Below are positions 1 through 8,459 of a DNA stretch of 64,000 nt, one piece after another. The stretch lies in IMG/VR virus record IMGVR_UViG_3300021963_005683, positions 6,078-70,077 of that record; one strand, written 5' to 3'. Every line of letters starts with the position of its first letter. Positions within the stretch are counted from its first letter, which is position 1. The DNA is from a virus. The notes under the pieces are model-generated. The model saw nothing but the letters and a program-made list of their open reading frames with translations. It made no database searches and was not told the origin of the DNA. A program made the position numbers and the translations under genes.

Positions 1-213
1 AACAGGTACTACTGGAGCTTCTACTTCCGTAATACCCATAATTTTATTCCAAGTAGTATTTCCTACAATACCATCTGGAGTTAAACCATTCTTTAATTGA
101 AATGCTTTTACTGCATCTTCGGTTTTAGGGCCGTAGTTACCAATTGCTTCTAAACCTAACTTTGTTTGTAATTGTTTGACACTTTCGTTATTGTCACCTC
201 TTTTTAATAGCAT
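1..213 (-). CDS. Peptidoglycan-binding domain protein, probable endolysin N-terminus (runs off the left edge)
   Basis: Not in the ORF track. Manual translation MLLKRGDNNESVKQLQTKLGL...GPKTEDAVKAFQLKNGLTPDGIVGNTTW matches the PG_binding_1 pattern (AVKAFQ..NGL..DGIVG..TW). Confidence 0.85.
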   Translation of the reverse strand, partial: MLLKRGDNNESVKQLQTKLGLEAIGNYGPKTEDAVKAFQLKNGLTPDGIVGNTTWNKIMGITEVEAPVVPV

Positions 214-242
214 AGTAATTATGTTTTGTTATAAATATAAAA

Positions 243-1250
243 TTATTTAGTAATTGGGGATGGTCCACCAGCTGCTCCAGTATCTGCTTTTTTAGCTTTG
301 ATACCCATTTTTTCTGCAAATGCGTTTGAGCGTTTTACTAATGGTTCAATTGGTTCATCAATAACTCTAACATTCATTGGAATTTGATTTTTTGGATTTG
401 CTGCATTATGTGCAACAACTGCTGCCCATCTATGATGTCCATCTAAAACGTACCCATCATTGGATACATAAATAGGTGCAGTAATCTTTCCGTATGCCGG
501 ATGGTTTGGGTCATCCAATACTTTACTCATCCCTGCAACTTTAACTCCTACAAGCTCACTTTGTGTTGCTTTTAAGCGGTCTGGCGGAACTGCCGTTGGT
601 TCTGAAACTTTGATGCCTTGCTTATTCAACATTTGTTTGAAAAATTCTTCAGTATCAGCTTCTCCGTTTTCATCTTTTGGTAGTTTATCAGCAGGTGAAC
701 CTGGTTGAGGTGTTCCTTTGAATTGTGGCATATCACCTCTTTCTATTCCTTTGTTACCATCACAATATAAGTTAGTACCTGGAATTGAAACCTGACATAA
801 ATTAAAGTTAGGTGCTTGTTCTCCTTTTTCCTTTGCTTGCCTACCCAATTCAGCTAATTTATCTACAACAGTAGATATTTTTTGTCTTTCTATTGGAGTT
901 ATTTGTGAAAGAGATTTTGCCAATGTATCCATCCCTGGCATCAAATCTTTCAACTTCGGCATTCCACTATCTTTGGTATCTTTGGGTTTTTCTGCTGATG
1001 TTTTAAAATCCGAACCACTTAACTTTTGTCCCTGTTTTAGTTTTTGAGGTGCAGTGTTTTGTGGAGTTTGTTTTGGTTGGGGTTCACTTTTTGGAAGGAC
1101 TCCATTATTAGCTTGCTTAGTTTTTTCAATTTCGGCAGGAGATGGTTTATCATGTTTATTCGGGTCAAATGATTGAACCACATAAACATTACCTGTTTTT
1201 TTGTTTTTTACAACATCTTCTTCGGCTAATAATGATTTTAGTTTTATCAT
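243..1250 (-). CDS. ParB/Srx-like domain protein with low-complexity N-terminus, putative virion-internal protein
   Basis: C-terminal ATQSEL...PIYVSNDGYVLDGHHRWAA is ParB/Srx-like. Start moved to ATG 1250 (MIKLKSLLAEE) because 1252-1380 holds a separate ORF. Confidence 0.65.
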   Translation of the reverse strand: MIKLKSLLAEEDVVKNKKTGNVYVVQSFDPNKHDKPSPAEIEKTKQANNGVLPKSEPQPKQTPQNTAPQKLKQGQKLSGSDFKTSAEKPKDTKDSGMPKLKDLMPGMDTLAKSLSQITPIERQKISTVVDKLAELGRQAKEKGEQAPNFNLCQVSIPGTNLYCDGNKGIERGDMPQFKGTPQPGSPADKLPKDENGEADTEEFFKQMLNKQGIKVSEPTAVPPDRLKATQSELVGVKVAGMSKVLDDPNHPAYGKITAPIYVSNDGYVLDGHHRWAAVVAHNAANPKNQIPMNVRVIDEPIEPLVKRSNAFAEKMGIKAKKADTGAAGGPSPITK

Positions 1251-1251
1251 T

Positions 1252-1380
1252 TTATCTACCTTGTCCCTTATATCTTTTTGGTTTTTGTTCTTTAGGACCG
1301 AAATTCTTTTTAGCTTTTCCAGTACTTTTTTTTCCAAAAGAAAGTTTTTGTGCGGTATTCGCAGATTTTGCTTTTGCCAT
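1252..1380 (-). CDS. Small, very basic 42-aa protein
   Basis: Manual translation MAKAKSANTAQKLSFGKKSTGKAKKNFGPKEQKPKRYKGQGR*. Its stop abuts the next ATG; missed by the ORF track. Confidence 0.65.
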   Translation of the reverse strand: MAKAKSANTAQKLSFGKKSTGKAKKNFGPKEQKPKRYKGQGR

Positions 1381-1416
1381 GTAAAAATTAAGTTATTCTC
1401 TGATTGATTTAATTGA

Positions 1417-1719
1417 TTACTTTTTAGCTGCAGGCTTTCTACCTGGTCTAGCTTCCGAACTTTTAGTTGCTTTAGTTACATGAGATGCTTGTTTACCTAC
1501 TTCTTTAACAGCGGCAACTACATCTTTTGTTTCTTCTACAACTCTTTTTACACGGGTTTTAGTTTCTTTAACAACTGCTTTAACTTTTTCAACTTTCTCA
1601 TCTATTACATCAGGAATGTTGTTTTTGTTTGCATCTGCAATTTTTCCTTTTTTCATTAGGAAGTAAGTAATTCCACCAGCTACTGCCAATGTAACTAATA
1701 CTAATACGAATGTGCTCAT
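1417..1719 (-). CDS. Membrane-anchored hypothetical protein
   Basis: N-terminal hydrophobic helix, D-x-N-x-N-N-I-P-D motif, Lys/Val/Glu-rich helical tail. Confidence 0.6.
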   Translation of the reverse strand: MSTFVLVLVTLAVAGGITYFLMKKGKIADANKNNIPDVIDEKVEKVKAVVKETKTRVKRVVEETKDVVAAVKEVGKQASHVTKATKSSEARPGRKPAAKK

Positions 1720-1764
1720 TTGTTTTTGTTTTTGTTTTGTAATTAAATATAAATATTAAAAATT

Positions 1765-2514
1765 TTAGATTAACTTATTAATTTTAGATTTCCATATTTC
1801 AGTTGGAGTATTTAATAAATCTAAACTCTTATCTGATAATAATTCTGGCATATGCTTCAAACAATAATCATAATATATTCGTCCATTGGGATGCTTACTT
1901 TGGTCATCATCTAAATATAATGTTTCATTATTATTTTTTCTGTAAATATCTATTGGTTCTTTGATATCTAATATATTGTATATATCCTTTATTTTTGGAA
2001 CAATGTGTCCTATATTTTCAAACTCAAGATCCAATCCTAATGTATATGCCTCATTTATGTAATGACTGTTATCCAATGCCATTATTATTTTGTGTTCAAT
2101 TCCTTTTAGAGTTAATAACTTTTTAATTACAGTAGTAGCTATCCAAGAATCATAAGCTGCCCAAGGCCAGTTATATATTTCATTTCTAATTAGTTTGGCT
2201 TTAGTAGGATGTTCATCATTTGGAAATAAAATATCACCATTAGTCTGCCAAACGTATCCACCTTTATCAGGAATTTCCAAATATGCAAATCTACCAAATC
2301 CTGTAAGGGCTACTATTATGCAATCGGTCTCTGCGTTTAAATTATATACTTCATCAGCTTCTATGAGCTTTTGCATTATAAATGTATTAGATGCACCAGG
2401 AATTCCAAAGTTATAGTATTTATCATAATTTATACCAATAAAATCAGCCCAAGTTGGATTATCTTTCCAATAGGTATAACTACATCCAAATGCAAAAAAT
2501 CTGCTTTTATTCAT
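1765..2514 (-). CDS. Hypothetical protein, SGNH-hydrolase-like
   Basis: FGCSYT, NFGIPGASN and late D..HP motifs resemble SGNH blocks. Confidence 0.45.
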   Translation of the reverse strand: MNKSRFFAFGCSYTYWKDNPTWADFIGINYDKYYNFGIPGASNTFIMQKLIEADEVYNLNAETDCIIVALTGFGRFAYLEIPDKGGYVWQTNGDILFPNDEHPTKAKLIRNEIYNWPWAAYDSWIATTVIKKLLTLKGIEHKIIMALDNSHYINEAYTLGLDLEFENIGHIVPKIKDIYNILDIKEPIDIYRKNNNETLYLDDDQSKHPNGRIYYDYCLKHMPELLSDKSLDLLNTPTEIWKSKINKLI

Positions 2515-2939
2515 ATTTTATTTTTCAATTCCGATGAAGATTGTATTTTATCACCCAACCCATCTACCAGCTCTATTCCAAGCTGATTACATAAATCCTT
2601 TTCTAAAATAGTATCTCCGAATTGGTCTCCACCATTGGTAAATATGTATTTATCAGCTTTTATAAATTTATGAATGAATTCTATACTACGCTTTACACTC
2701 CTATCCTCATCTATGGATACCAGACTGAAATTAACGGATTTTAATTCATCAATAATTTCTCTTCTTTCCAATTCATTTTGAAATACCTTAGAACCCTTCA
2801 ACCCCACTTGCATATCATTATTAACAATAACTATGAGCGAATCTCCAAGCTCTTTACTTTTTTTAAGATATTCTATATGCCCTTTATGTAATGGATTAAA
2901 ATACCCACTTGCTATAACTAATTTTTTAATCTTCGCCAT
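2511..2939 (-). CDS. Cytidylyltransferase-family nucleotidyltransferase (RfaE-II/TagD-like)
   Basis: SGYFNPLHKGH (HxGH), VNND, NGGD, KIQSSS motifs. Confidence 0.85.
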   Translation of the reverse strand: MAKIKKLVIASGYFNPLHKGHIEYLKKSKELGDSLIVIVNNDMQVGLKGSKVFQNELERREIIDELKSVNFSLVSIDEDRSVKRSIEFIHKFIKADKYIFTNGGDQFGDTILEKDLCNQLGIELVDGLGDKIQSSSELKNKI

Positions 2940-3186
2940 ATAGTGAGAATCGTTTTATTACTTTTTCAACTTCAGCCTGCTTTACTATTTCTACAGTTCC
3001 CTTCCTTGCTTCAATGTAAAATTCGGTATCTCCAGCATATTGATACCAAGCTTCTAAAGCATCGGTAAGAGATTGATGGATATCACCTTGAATATGCCCT
3101 GGTTTGGCATTAGCAAATATCCATCTATCTCCCGGTGGAACTCTTTTAAGAACAAGTTGTTTTTCTTCTTTGAGTTCTTTTTCCAT
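2926..3186 (-). CDS. Hypothetical protein
   Basis: Tightly packed ORF; likely start MEKELKEE. Confidence 0.6.
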   Translation of the reverse strand: MEKELKEEKQLVLKRVPPGDRWIFANAKPGHIQGDIHQSLTDALEAWYQYAGDTEFYIEARKGTVEIVKQAEVEKVIKRFSLYGED

Positions 3187-3187
3187 A

Positions 3188-3394
3188 TTAGAATACTTCA
3201 ATAATGTTTGTTTCTGATACTTTTACTACTTCATACTCAAGCTTAACTCCTTCTGCTACGAATTTCTTAACTAACTTAGCTTCTGCTTCCGTTACCGATA
3301 ATGCATCTACTAAATAATTTTCTTTTTGTTTTTTGATTTTACCTTTAGCATCTTCAACTTCGATTGCCACACATACTGAATAAAACTTTGCCAT
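3188..3394 (-). CDS. DUF4494-like protein (Bacteroidota family)
   Basis: KK.KENYLVDALSVTEAEA...V.ETNI.EVF matches the DUF4494 N-terminal pattern as recalled. Confidence 0.7.
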   Translation of the reverse strand: MAKFYSVCVAIEVEDAKGKIKKQKENYLVDALSVTEAEAKLVKKFVAEGVKLEYEVVKVSETNIIEVF

Positions 3395-3438
3395 AACTTT
3401 TGTTTTTTGTTTTTAAAATAATTATTAATTGTTTAAAA

Positions 3439-3468
3439 TAAAGGGGTACACTCCCATGCACCCCTTTT
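3439..3468 (-). terminator. Rho-independent terminator after the Hc1-like gene
   Basis: Minus strand AAAGGGGTGCA-TGGGAG-TGTACCCCTTT followed by ATTTT. Confidence 0.75.
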
Positions 3469-3471
3469 GGG

Positions 3472-3645
3472 TTAATTTTTGGTTTCTTCTACGGAAGCTG
3501 AACGATATTCGGTTACCAACTTTTTCAAGTCGCCAATTGCTGTTCTAGCATTCTTTTGAGATACTTTAGTTGTCTTGTTGTGTTCGTCTACAAATACTAC
3601 CCATAATTTGGTCATTTGTTCGAACAATTCTTGCTTTTTAGCCAT
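3472..3645 (-). CDS. Histone H1-like (Hc1-type) small DNA-binding protein, 57 aa
   Basis: Manual translation MAKKQELFEQMTKLWVVFVDEHNKTTKVSQKNARTAIGDLKKLVTEYRSASVEETKN. Has its own promoter and terminator; below the ORF-track cutoff. Confidence 0.7.
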   Translation of the reverse strand: MAKKQELFEQMTKLWVVFVDEHNKTTKVSQKNARTAIGDLKKLVTEYRSASVEETKN

Positions 3646-3664
3646 AATGTTTGTTTTAATTATA

Positions 3665-3696
3665 CAAATATAAGAAAGATTTTTGGATTTACCAAA
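3665..3696 (-). promoter_or_regulatory. Bacteroidota-type sigma promoter
   Basis: Minus strand TTTG-N20-TATATTTG. Confidence 0.75.
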
Positions 3697-3697
3697 T

Positions 3698-3889
3698 TTA
3701 TCTTCCTCGTTTTCTTCTTAACTCCATTTCTTTTAGATATTTTGCAGTATATTTCTGCTCTACTGATATAGGTCCATTTGCGAATTTATCCAAATCGTAT
3801 TTCCAAATTGATTCACATCCATCATCATCTTTGTAGATATGTTCAAATTTACGTGGTTTATCTTTAACGTTTGGTTCTGCTCTTGCCAT
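3698..3889 (-). CDS. Hypothetical protein
   Basis: 63-aa ORF packed in the operon. Confidence 0.6.
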   Translation of the reverse strand: MARAEPNVKDKPRKFEHIYKDDDGCESIWKYDLDKFANGPISVEQKYTAKYLKEMELRRKRGR

Positions 3890-3891
3890 AA

Positions 3892-4455
3892 CTAAAATAA
3901 TTTTGATTCTACTAATTCACAAATAATGTGTCCTATCATTATATGTGCTTCTTGTATTCTCGGTGTATCGGTATTGGGTATATTTATTAAATAATCTGCT
4001 AATATTCCCATATCACCACCGGTTTCACCCGTTAATGCTATTGTGATAATTCCTTTTTCTTTAGCGGTTTTAAATGCATTGATGATATTTTTAGAATTGC
4101 CTGATGTCGATAATCCAATTAATACATCGCCATTATTCATAGTACCATCAACTAATCTCGAATATATAACATCGTAACTATAATCATTTGCAACTGCTGT
4201 CAAATATGATGTGTTGCAATGCAATGCATCGGATGGTAATGCTTTTCTATCTTTATAAAATCTACCAGATAATTCCGCTGCTAAATGTTGTGCATCTGCT
4301 GCGCTTCCACCATTACCACAAAACATAACTTTTTTACCACTTTGAAAAGCGTTTACTATAACATCTATTGAATTATAAATTACTTGATGTAATGATTTAT
4401 CCAATAAAATATTTTCTTTTACTTCTATGGATTTTCGTATTATATCATTTATCAT
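3892..4455 (-). CDS. gmhA: D-sedoheptulose 7-phosphate isomerase
   Basis: CGNGGSAADAQH, STSGNS and TPRIQEAH motifs; ATGA overlap with iscA gives start 4455. Confidence 0.95.
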   Translation of the reverse strand: MINDIIRKSIEVKENILLDKSLHQVIYNSIDVIVNAFQSGKKVMFCGNGGSAADAQHLAAELSGRFYKDRKALPSDALHCNTSYLTAVANDYSYDVIYSRLVDGTMNNGDVLIGLSTSGNSKNIINAFKTAKEKGIITIALTGETGGDMGILADYLINIPNTDTPRIQEAHIMIGHIICELVESKLF

Positions 4456-4775
4456 ACTGCGAAACTTTCCCCGCATCCGCAAGTTCGGCTAGCGTTGGGG
4501 TTAATAAATTCAAAACCCTTACCATTCAACCCATCTGAAAATTGTAATTCAGTACCAAATAGGTATAATAAGGATTTCATATCTACTAAAATTTTTACTC
4601 CTTTATCTTCTGCGAGAGTATCTCCTGTTTGTTGGTCAGTATCAAATGAAAGGTCATATGCTAAACCACTACATCCACCACCTTTAACGGATACTCTGAC
4701 GTAGGGAGTTTTAAACCCACTTTCTTCAATGAGTGATGTTAATTTTTTAGCTGCTGTTTCTGATACTGTTACCAT
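4452..4775 (-). CDS. iscA: Fe-S cluster assembly A-type carrier
   Basis: GGGCSG and NPNA..TCGCGESF motifs. Confidence 0.95.
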   Translation of the reverse strand: MVTVSETAAKKLTSLIEESGFKTPYVRVSVKGGGCSGLAYDLSFDTDQQTGDTLAEDKGVKILVDMKSLLYLFGTELQFSDGLNGKGFEFINPNASRTCGCGESFAV

Positions 4776-5083
4776 TATGCGTATTTTAGACCAAAGAATT
4801 CATAATTCTTATGTACATATTCTTCTTCACCTGCTTTTATTGCCAAATCTTCATCATCGTAAATTGCATTAACGGGACATTCAGGCTCACATGCTCCGCA
4901 ATTAATACAAACATCAGGATTAATATACATTTGTCCACCTGGAAATGCTGCTCTACCATCTCTTTCAATTTCGCCACCCGAGCCTTCTATGTTAATGGGT
5001 CCGTGAATACAATCTACCGGGCATACATTTGCACATGCAGTATCCATACAATCAACACAAGACTTACCAATAATGTAGCTCAT
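4775..5083 (-). CDS. Ferredoxin (dicluster, 7Fe FdxA-like)
   Basis: CVDCMDTACANVCPVDCI and CINCGACEPECP. Confidence 0.9.
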   Translation of the reverse strand: MSYIIGKSCVDCMDTACANVCPVDCIHGPINIEGSGGEIERDGRAAFPGGQMYINPDVCINCGACEPECPVNAIYDDEDLAIKAGEEEYVHKNYEFFGLKYA

Positions 5084-5102
5084 ATTTTATATTTTTTTGT
5101 TT

Positions 5103-5507
5103 TTAGATTCCTTCAAGAATTAATTCCTCCAATCCTTGCTTTTGTCTATAATCTTTTATTGCTTCTTTTATCGCATCTTCAGCCAATACTGAACAATGTA
5201 TCTTAACTGGTGGTAATGATAGTTCCTCTACCAATTCCATATTATCCATTTTGATTGCATCATCTATTGACATTCCCTTCAACCATTCAGTTGCTAGGGA
5301 TGATGCTGCTATTGCAGAACCACATCCAAAGGTTTTAAATTTAGCATCAGTTATGATATTATCATTAACTTCTATTTGTAATCTCATTACATCACCACAT
5401 TCTGGTGCTCCCACCAATCCCGTACCTACATTGGATTTACTTTTATCCAAAGTTCCTACATTTCGTGGGTTATTGAAATGGTCTATTACTTTATCTCCGT
5501 ATGCCAT
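5103..5507 (-). CDS. iscU: Fe-S cluster scaffold protein
   Basis: NPRNVG, GAPECGD, FGCGSAIA and LPPVKIHC (the HscA-binding LPPVK motif). Confidence 0.97.
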   Translation of the reverse strand: MAYGDKVIDHFNNPRNVGTLDKSKSNVGTGLVGAPECGDVMRLQIEVNDNIITDAKFKTFGCGSAIAASSLATEWLKGMSIDDAIKMDNMELVEELSLPPVKIHCSVLAEDAIKEAIKDYRQKQGLEELILEGI

Positions 5508-5523
5508 ATTGGTTTATTTACTA

Positions 5524-5555
5524 TAAATATACAACAAATTTATTACTTTACCAAA
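5524..5555 (-). promoter_or_regulatory. Bacteroidota-type promoter upstream of iscU
   Basis: TTTG-N20-TATATTTA. Confidence 0.6.
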
Positions 5556-5559
5556 TATT

Positions 5560-6591
5560 TTATCCAATTTGCCAAGTCCTCATACCAAATTTATTCCAAG
5601 TAAATGGCTGATTGTATCCCATTTTCAGCTTATCTAATTCTTTAATAACATTATATTTTGTATTATTTGGGCAATAAAAGAACATAAACCCCCCTCCACC
5701 TGCTCCACTTATTTTACCACCGGTTGCTCCAGCTTTTAAAGCTGTTTGATATAAAATTTCAATTTCTTTGGTACTAATACCATTTGCTAACATTTTCTTT
5801 TGCTGAAATCCATAATCTAATATCTCACCCAAATCATCTATATTCCCTTTGATTAAGCAATCTTTAATCATCTTTGCTTGCTCTACTAATGCATGTAAAG
5901 ACAGAACAGATGTTTTATTTTTATCTTTCATTTTTTGAACTTGCTCTGTAAGAACATCAGAACTATTTCGAGTAAAGTTTGTGAAGTATAGTATTATGTT
6001 ATTTTCTAATTCATCTTGAATACTATCTTTAATTCGTAGTGGATTTACAATCACATCATCTCCTTTGAATTCCATATAATTCCATCCACCAAATGCTGCT
6101 GCATATTGGTCTTGCTTACCACCATTTTCAGCCAATTCAACCCTTTCAATTTGAATCGCCATTTCAGCTACATCATATTCACCTAATGGTAAATTAAATA
6201 ATTCCATATAAACACCAATGAGAGATACTATAAGTGTCGATGAAGTACCTAAACCGCTACCGGTAGGTACATCTTGATATGTTATAATATCATATCCGAT
6301 TGGTTCTACTTTGAATCGTTTACAAATGTGATTATGAGTTGCTTTAAAGAGCTTTAATCCATAAGAACAATCTAACTCATTGTTGAATTCATGCTCCTCA
6401 AATTCATCCTTATTTATCCATTTAAAGGTAACTTTGGTATCATCTCTTAATTGTAAAGATGTATGAGTAAATAAGCGAATAGTAGTATTGATTACTGCGC
6501 CCGTTTGATGTTTGCAATAATCAGGCATATCAGTACCTCCCCCACCTAAACTAATCCTGAATGGAACTTTGCTCCTGTATATTTTCTTCAT
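5560..6591 (-). CDS. hddA: D-glycero-D-manno-heptose 7-phosphate kinase (GHMP family)
   Basis: PFRISLGGGGTD, PTGSGLGTSS, GGKQDQYAAAFGG, GAGGGG; likely start MKKIYRSK. Confidence 0.9.
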   Translation of the reverse strand: MKKIYRSKVPFRISLGGGGTDMPDYCKHQTGAVINTTIRLFTHTSLQLRDDTKVTFKWINKDEFEEHEFNNELDCSYGLKLFKATHNHICKRFKVEPIGYDIITYQDVPTGSGLGTSSTLIVSLIGVYMELFNLPLGEYDVAEMAIQIERVELAENGGKQDQYAAAFGGWNYMEFKGDDVIVNPLRIKDSIQDELENNIILYFTNFTRNSSDVLTEQVQKMKDKNKTSVLSLHALVEQAKMIKDCLIKGNIDDLGEILDYGFQQKKMLANGISTKEIEILYQTALKAGATGGKISGAGGGGFMFFYCPNNTKYNVIKELDKLKMGYNQPFTWNKFGMRTWQIG

Positions 6592-7141
6592 CTGCGTATC
6601 CATTTTCTTCATACCAATGTTTTACATTTCTATCACCTACTAATAGGAAAAAGCAATTATAACATAATGGTCTGATATTTTCTAATTTACGATTATTAAG
6701 GTTACCATCTATAAAATCAATCAATAATGGCATTTTGCCATCAGATATTCTTTCTTCTCCAAAACCACACCCCCCACATACTCTCGGAACATACCCACTG
6801 TCAAATAATTTATTTTTAAATTTATGCAATGGATATCTAATATGCTTTCCGGCAATCAAATCATCAATGTGATATTTTTTATTTTTGATTTTCTTAGCTT
6901 TTTCAATTCCAATACCATATGGATTTTTTAAATCTTCAAATACGCCATATAATTTAGCATATTTTTTATAGGTGTTATATGATACACCTAACGTTCTCGC
7001 TGCTTCAAACGCAGAGCGTGATGCTTCTTGTGCGGCTTTAATTTGAGATTCTAACAACGGCTTTGCGCCTAACCCTCTTTTTGTAGTTCTACTATTGGGT
7101 TCTATGTTTGGGAAGAATTCTTCTACTTCTTCATTTTCCAT
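6551..7141 (-). CDS. HTH plus degenerate HNH/Zn-finger protein
   Basis: SAFEAARTLGVSYNTYKK (HTH); CGGC...DFIDGNLNNRKLENIRPLCYNC (HNH fold with the His replaced). Confidence 0.65.
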   Translation of the reverse strand: MENEEVEEFFPNIEPNSRTTKRGLGAKPLLESQIKAAQEASRSAFEAARTLGVSYNTYKKYAKLYGVFEDLKNPYGIGIEKAKKIKNKKYHIDDLIAGKHIRYPLHKFKNKLFDSGYVPRVCGGCGFGEERISDGKMPLLIDFIDGNLNNRKLENIRPLCYNCFFLLVGDRNVKHWYEENGYADEENIQEQSSIQD

Positions 7142-7175
7142 ACTAATAACATTTAATTTTATACTAATAAGTATA

Positions 7176-7622
7176 TCAAATCAAAATTTTTATTAGTTTA
7201 CTAAATGTATTATCTGGAGAATCGGATGTATCTAAATCCATATAAAATTCAATTGGTGGTTCATAGTCTAATGCAAAGAAGCTTTCTCTACCTCTCATTT
7301 TTTTAGTATGACAATATATTTCCTGAACTTTGCATTCGGATTTTAATTTTTCTCTTAATTCTCTATATGGAGCAACTAATGATATTATAACATCAGTATT
7401 AGTACTATCCAAATATTTAGCAATATCAAATGCTTTTTGAATATTGCGTTCTCTACCTTCTTTTGAATAATCGGTATTTGGGAATAGCTCTCTAAGCTGG
7501 TCTCCATCTATATGGAATACTGATTTTCTCCAATTCTTTTTATCAGTTTGAAGAAAATATTGTAACTTTTTTGCCAAAGTAGTTTTACCACTACCTGGTT
7601 GACCTGTGAAAAGGTATATCAT
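7176..7622 (-). CDS. Adenylyl-sulfate kinase-like P-loop kinase
   Basis: TGQPGSGKTT, IDGDQLR, YSKEGRERN, YEPP; CysC-like but shortened. Confidence 0.75.
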   Translation of the reverse strand: MIYLFTGQPGSGKTTLAKKLQYFLQTDKKNWRKSVFHIDGDQLRELFPNTDYSKEGRERNIQKAFDIAKYLDSTNTDVIISLVAPYRELREKLKSECKVQEIYCHTKKMRGRESFFALDYEPPIEFYMDLDTSDSPDNTFSKLIKILI

Positions 7623-7625
7623 AAC

Positions 7626-8459
7626 TTATTTTTTTAAAGTACGTTGAGCTGCTTGAAATACTTTTGATTTTTCATCGTATCCTAATGCAGATTTCATTTT
7701 AATCATTCTACCCGTTTCAGGGTTTTTAATTGTTTTTTCTAAATCTTTTGGAAGTAGTGATTTTAATTTAATATCATTTCCCTTTATCTTAGCGGATTTA
7801 GTTGGTTCGTTTTTATCCTGCTTTGGTGTTGTATCATTTTTAGGTAATGCCGGCGTTGCATGTTGAACATGCTTAACCTTCAATGATATATTTGGATATT
7901 TTTTAGATAATGCCTTTACTGCTGAAACATTCTTATGAGAATCATCTATAAAGAATACATCATTTACACCATCTTTTATTTTATTTTCTATCCAATCAGC
8001 TTTCTTTTGTGGATTTGCATCTGCTAATGCTACTACAAATATATCTTTTAATCCGATATCTGATAAATACTTCTTAATTGGCTTATATGCCGCTCTAGCT
8101 GTTAATATAACGATTTCCGAACCACCAACTCTTACTATGTTTTTTAATAATCTAGTAACACCCTTAATCTCTTGTGGTTGTTTTACTTTTTCAAAATCAG
8201 AAAAATCAAACTTATCATCATCTTTCGGCTCATAGACTGCGTATTCGCCAGGTGTTAGTTTTGATTCCTTTCCATCTTTGTGTTTAATGTATATATTAGA
8301 GTTTGTCTGAACTAATGTATCATCAAAATCAAATACTCTTAACTTCTTACTATCAGCTTCGTTCAATGGATTGAATGCAAAAGCGTTTAAGTTTGAATAT
8401 ACTTTTCCAAACTCAACCTTCATACCATTCCACATTCCCGATGTAAAGTTGTTAACCAT
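7626..8459 (-). CDS. HAD-superfamily phosphatase, putative virion-internal protein
   Basis: FDFDDTL, LTAR, K and FIDDS HAD motifs; PLNEA near the N-terminus; IKLKSLL and KNPETGRMIK C-terminal module. Confidence 0.75.
   Translation of the reverse strand: MVNNFTSGMWNGMKVEFGKVYSNLNAFAFNPLNEADSKKLRVFDFDDTLVQTNSNIYIKHKDGKESKLTPGEYAVYEPKDDDKFDFSDFEKVKQPQEIKGVTRLLKNIVRVGGSEIVILTARAAYKPIKKYLSDIGLKDIFVVALADANPQKKADWIENKIKDGVNDVFFIDDSHKNVSAVKALSKKYPNISLKVKHVQHATPALPKNDTTPKQDKNEPTKSAKIKGNDIKLKSLLPKDLEKTIKNPETGRMIKMKSALGYDEKSKVFQAAQRTLKK

Noticed and set aside
1251-1337. N-terminal extension MEKKVLEK... of ORF 243-1337
   Set aside because: It uses a non-ATG start inside a better 42-aa ORF; the ATG at 1250 gives the recurrent MIKLKSLL start.
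7626-8459. HAD protein as the missing GmhB heptose phosphatase
   Set aside because: It lacks the GmhB DRDG and Zn-binding motifs and carries the putative virion-protein motifs instead.
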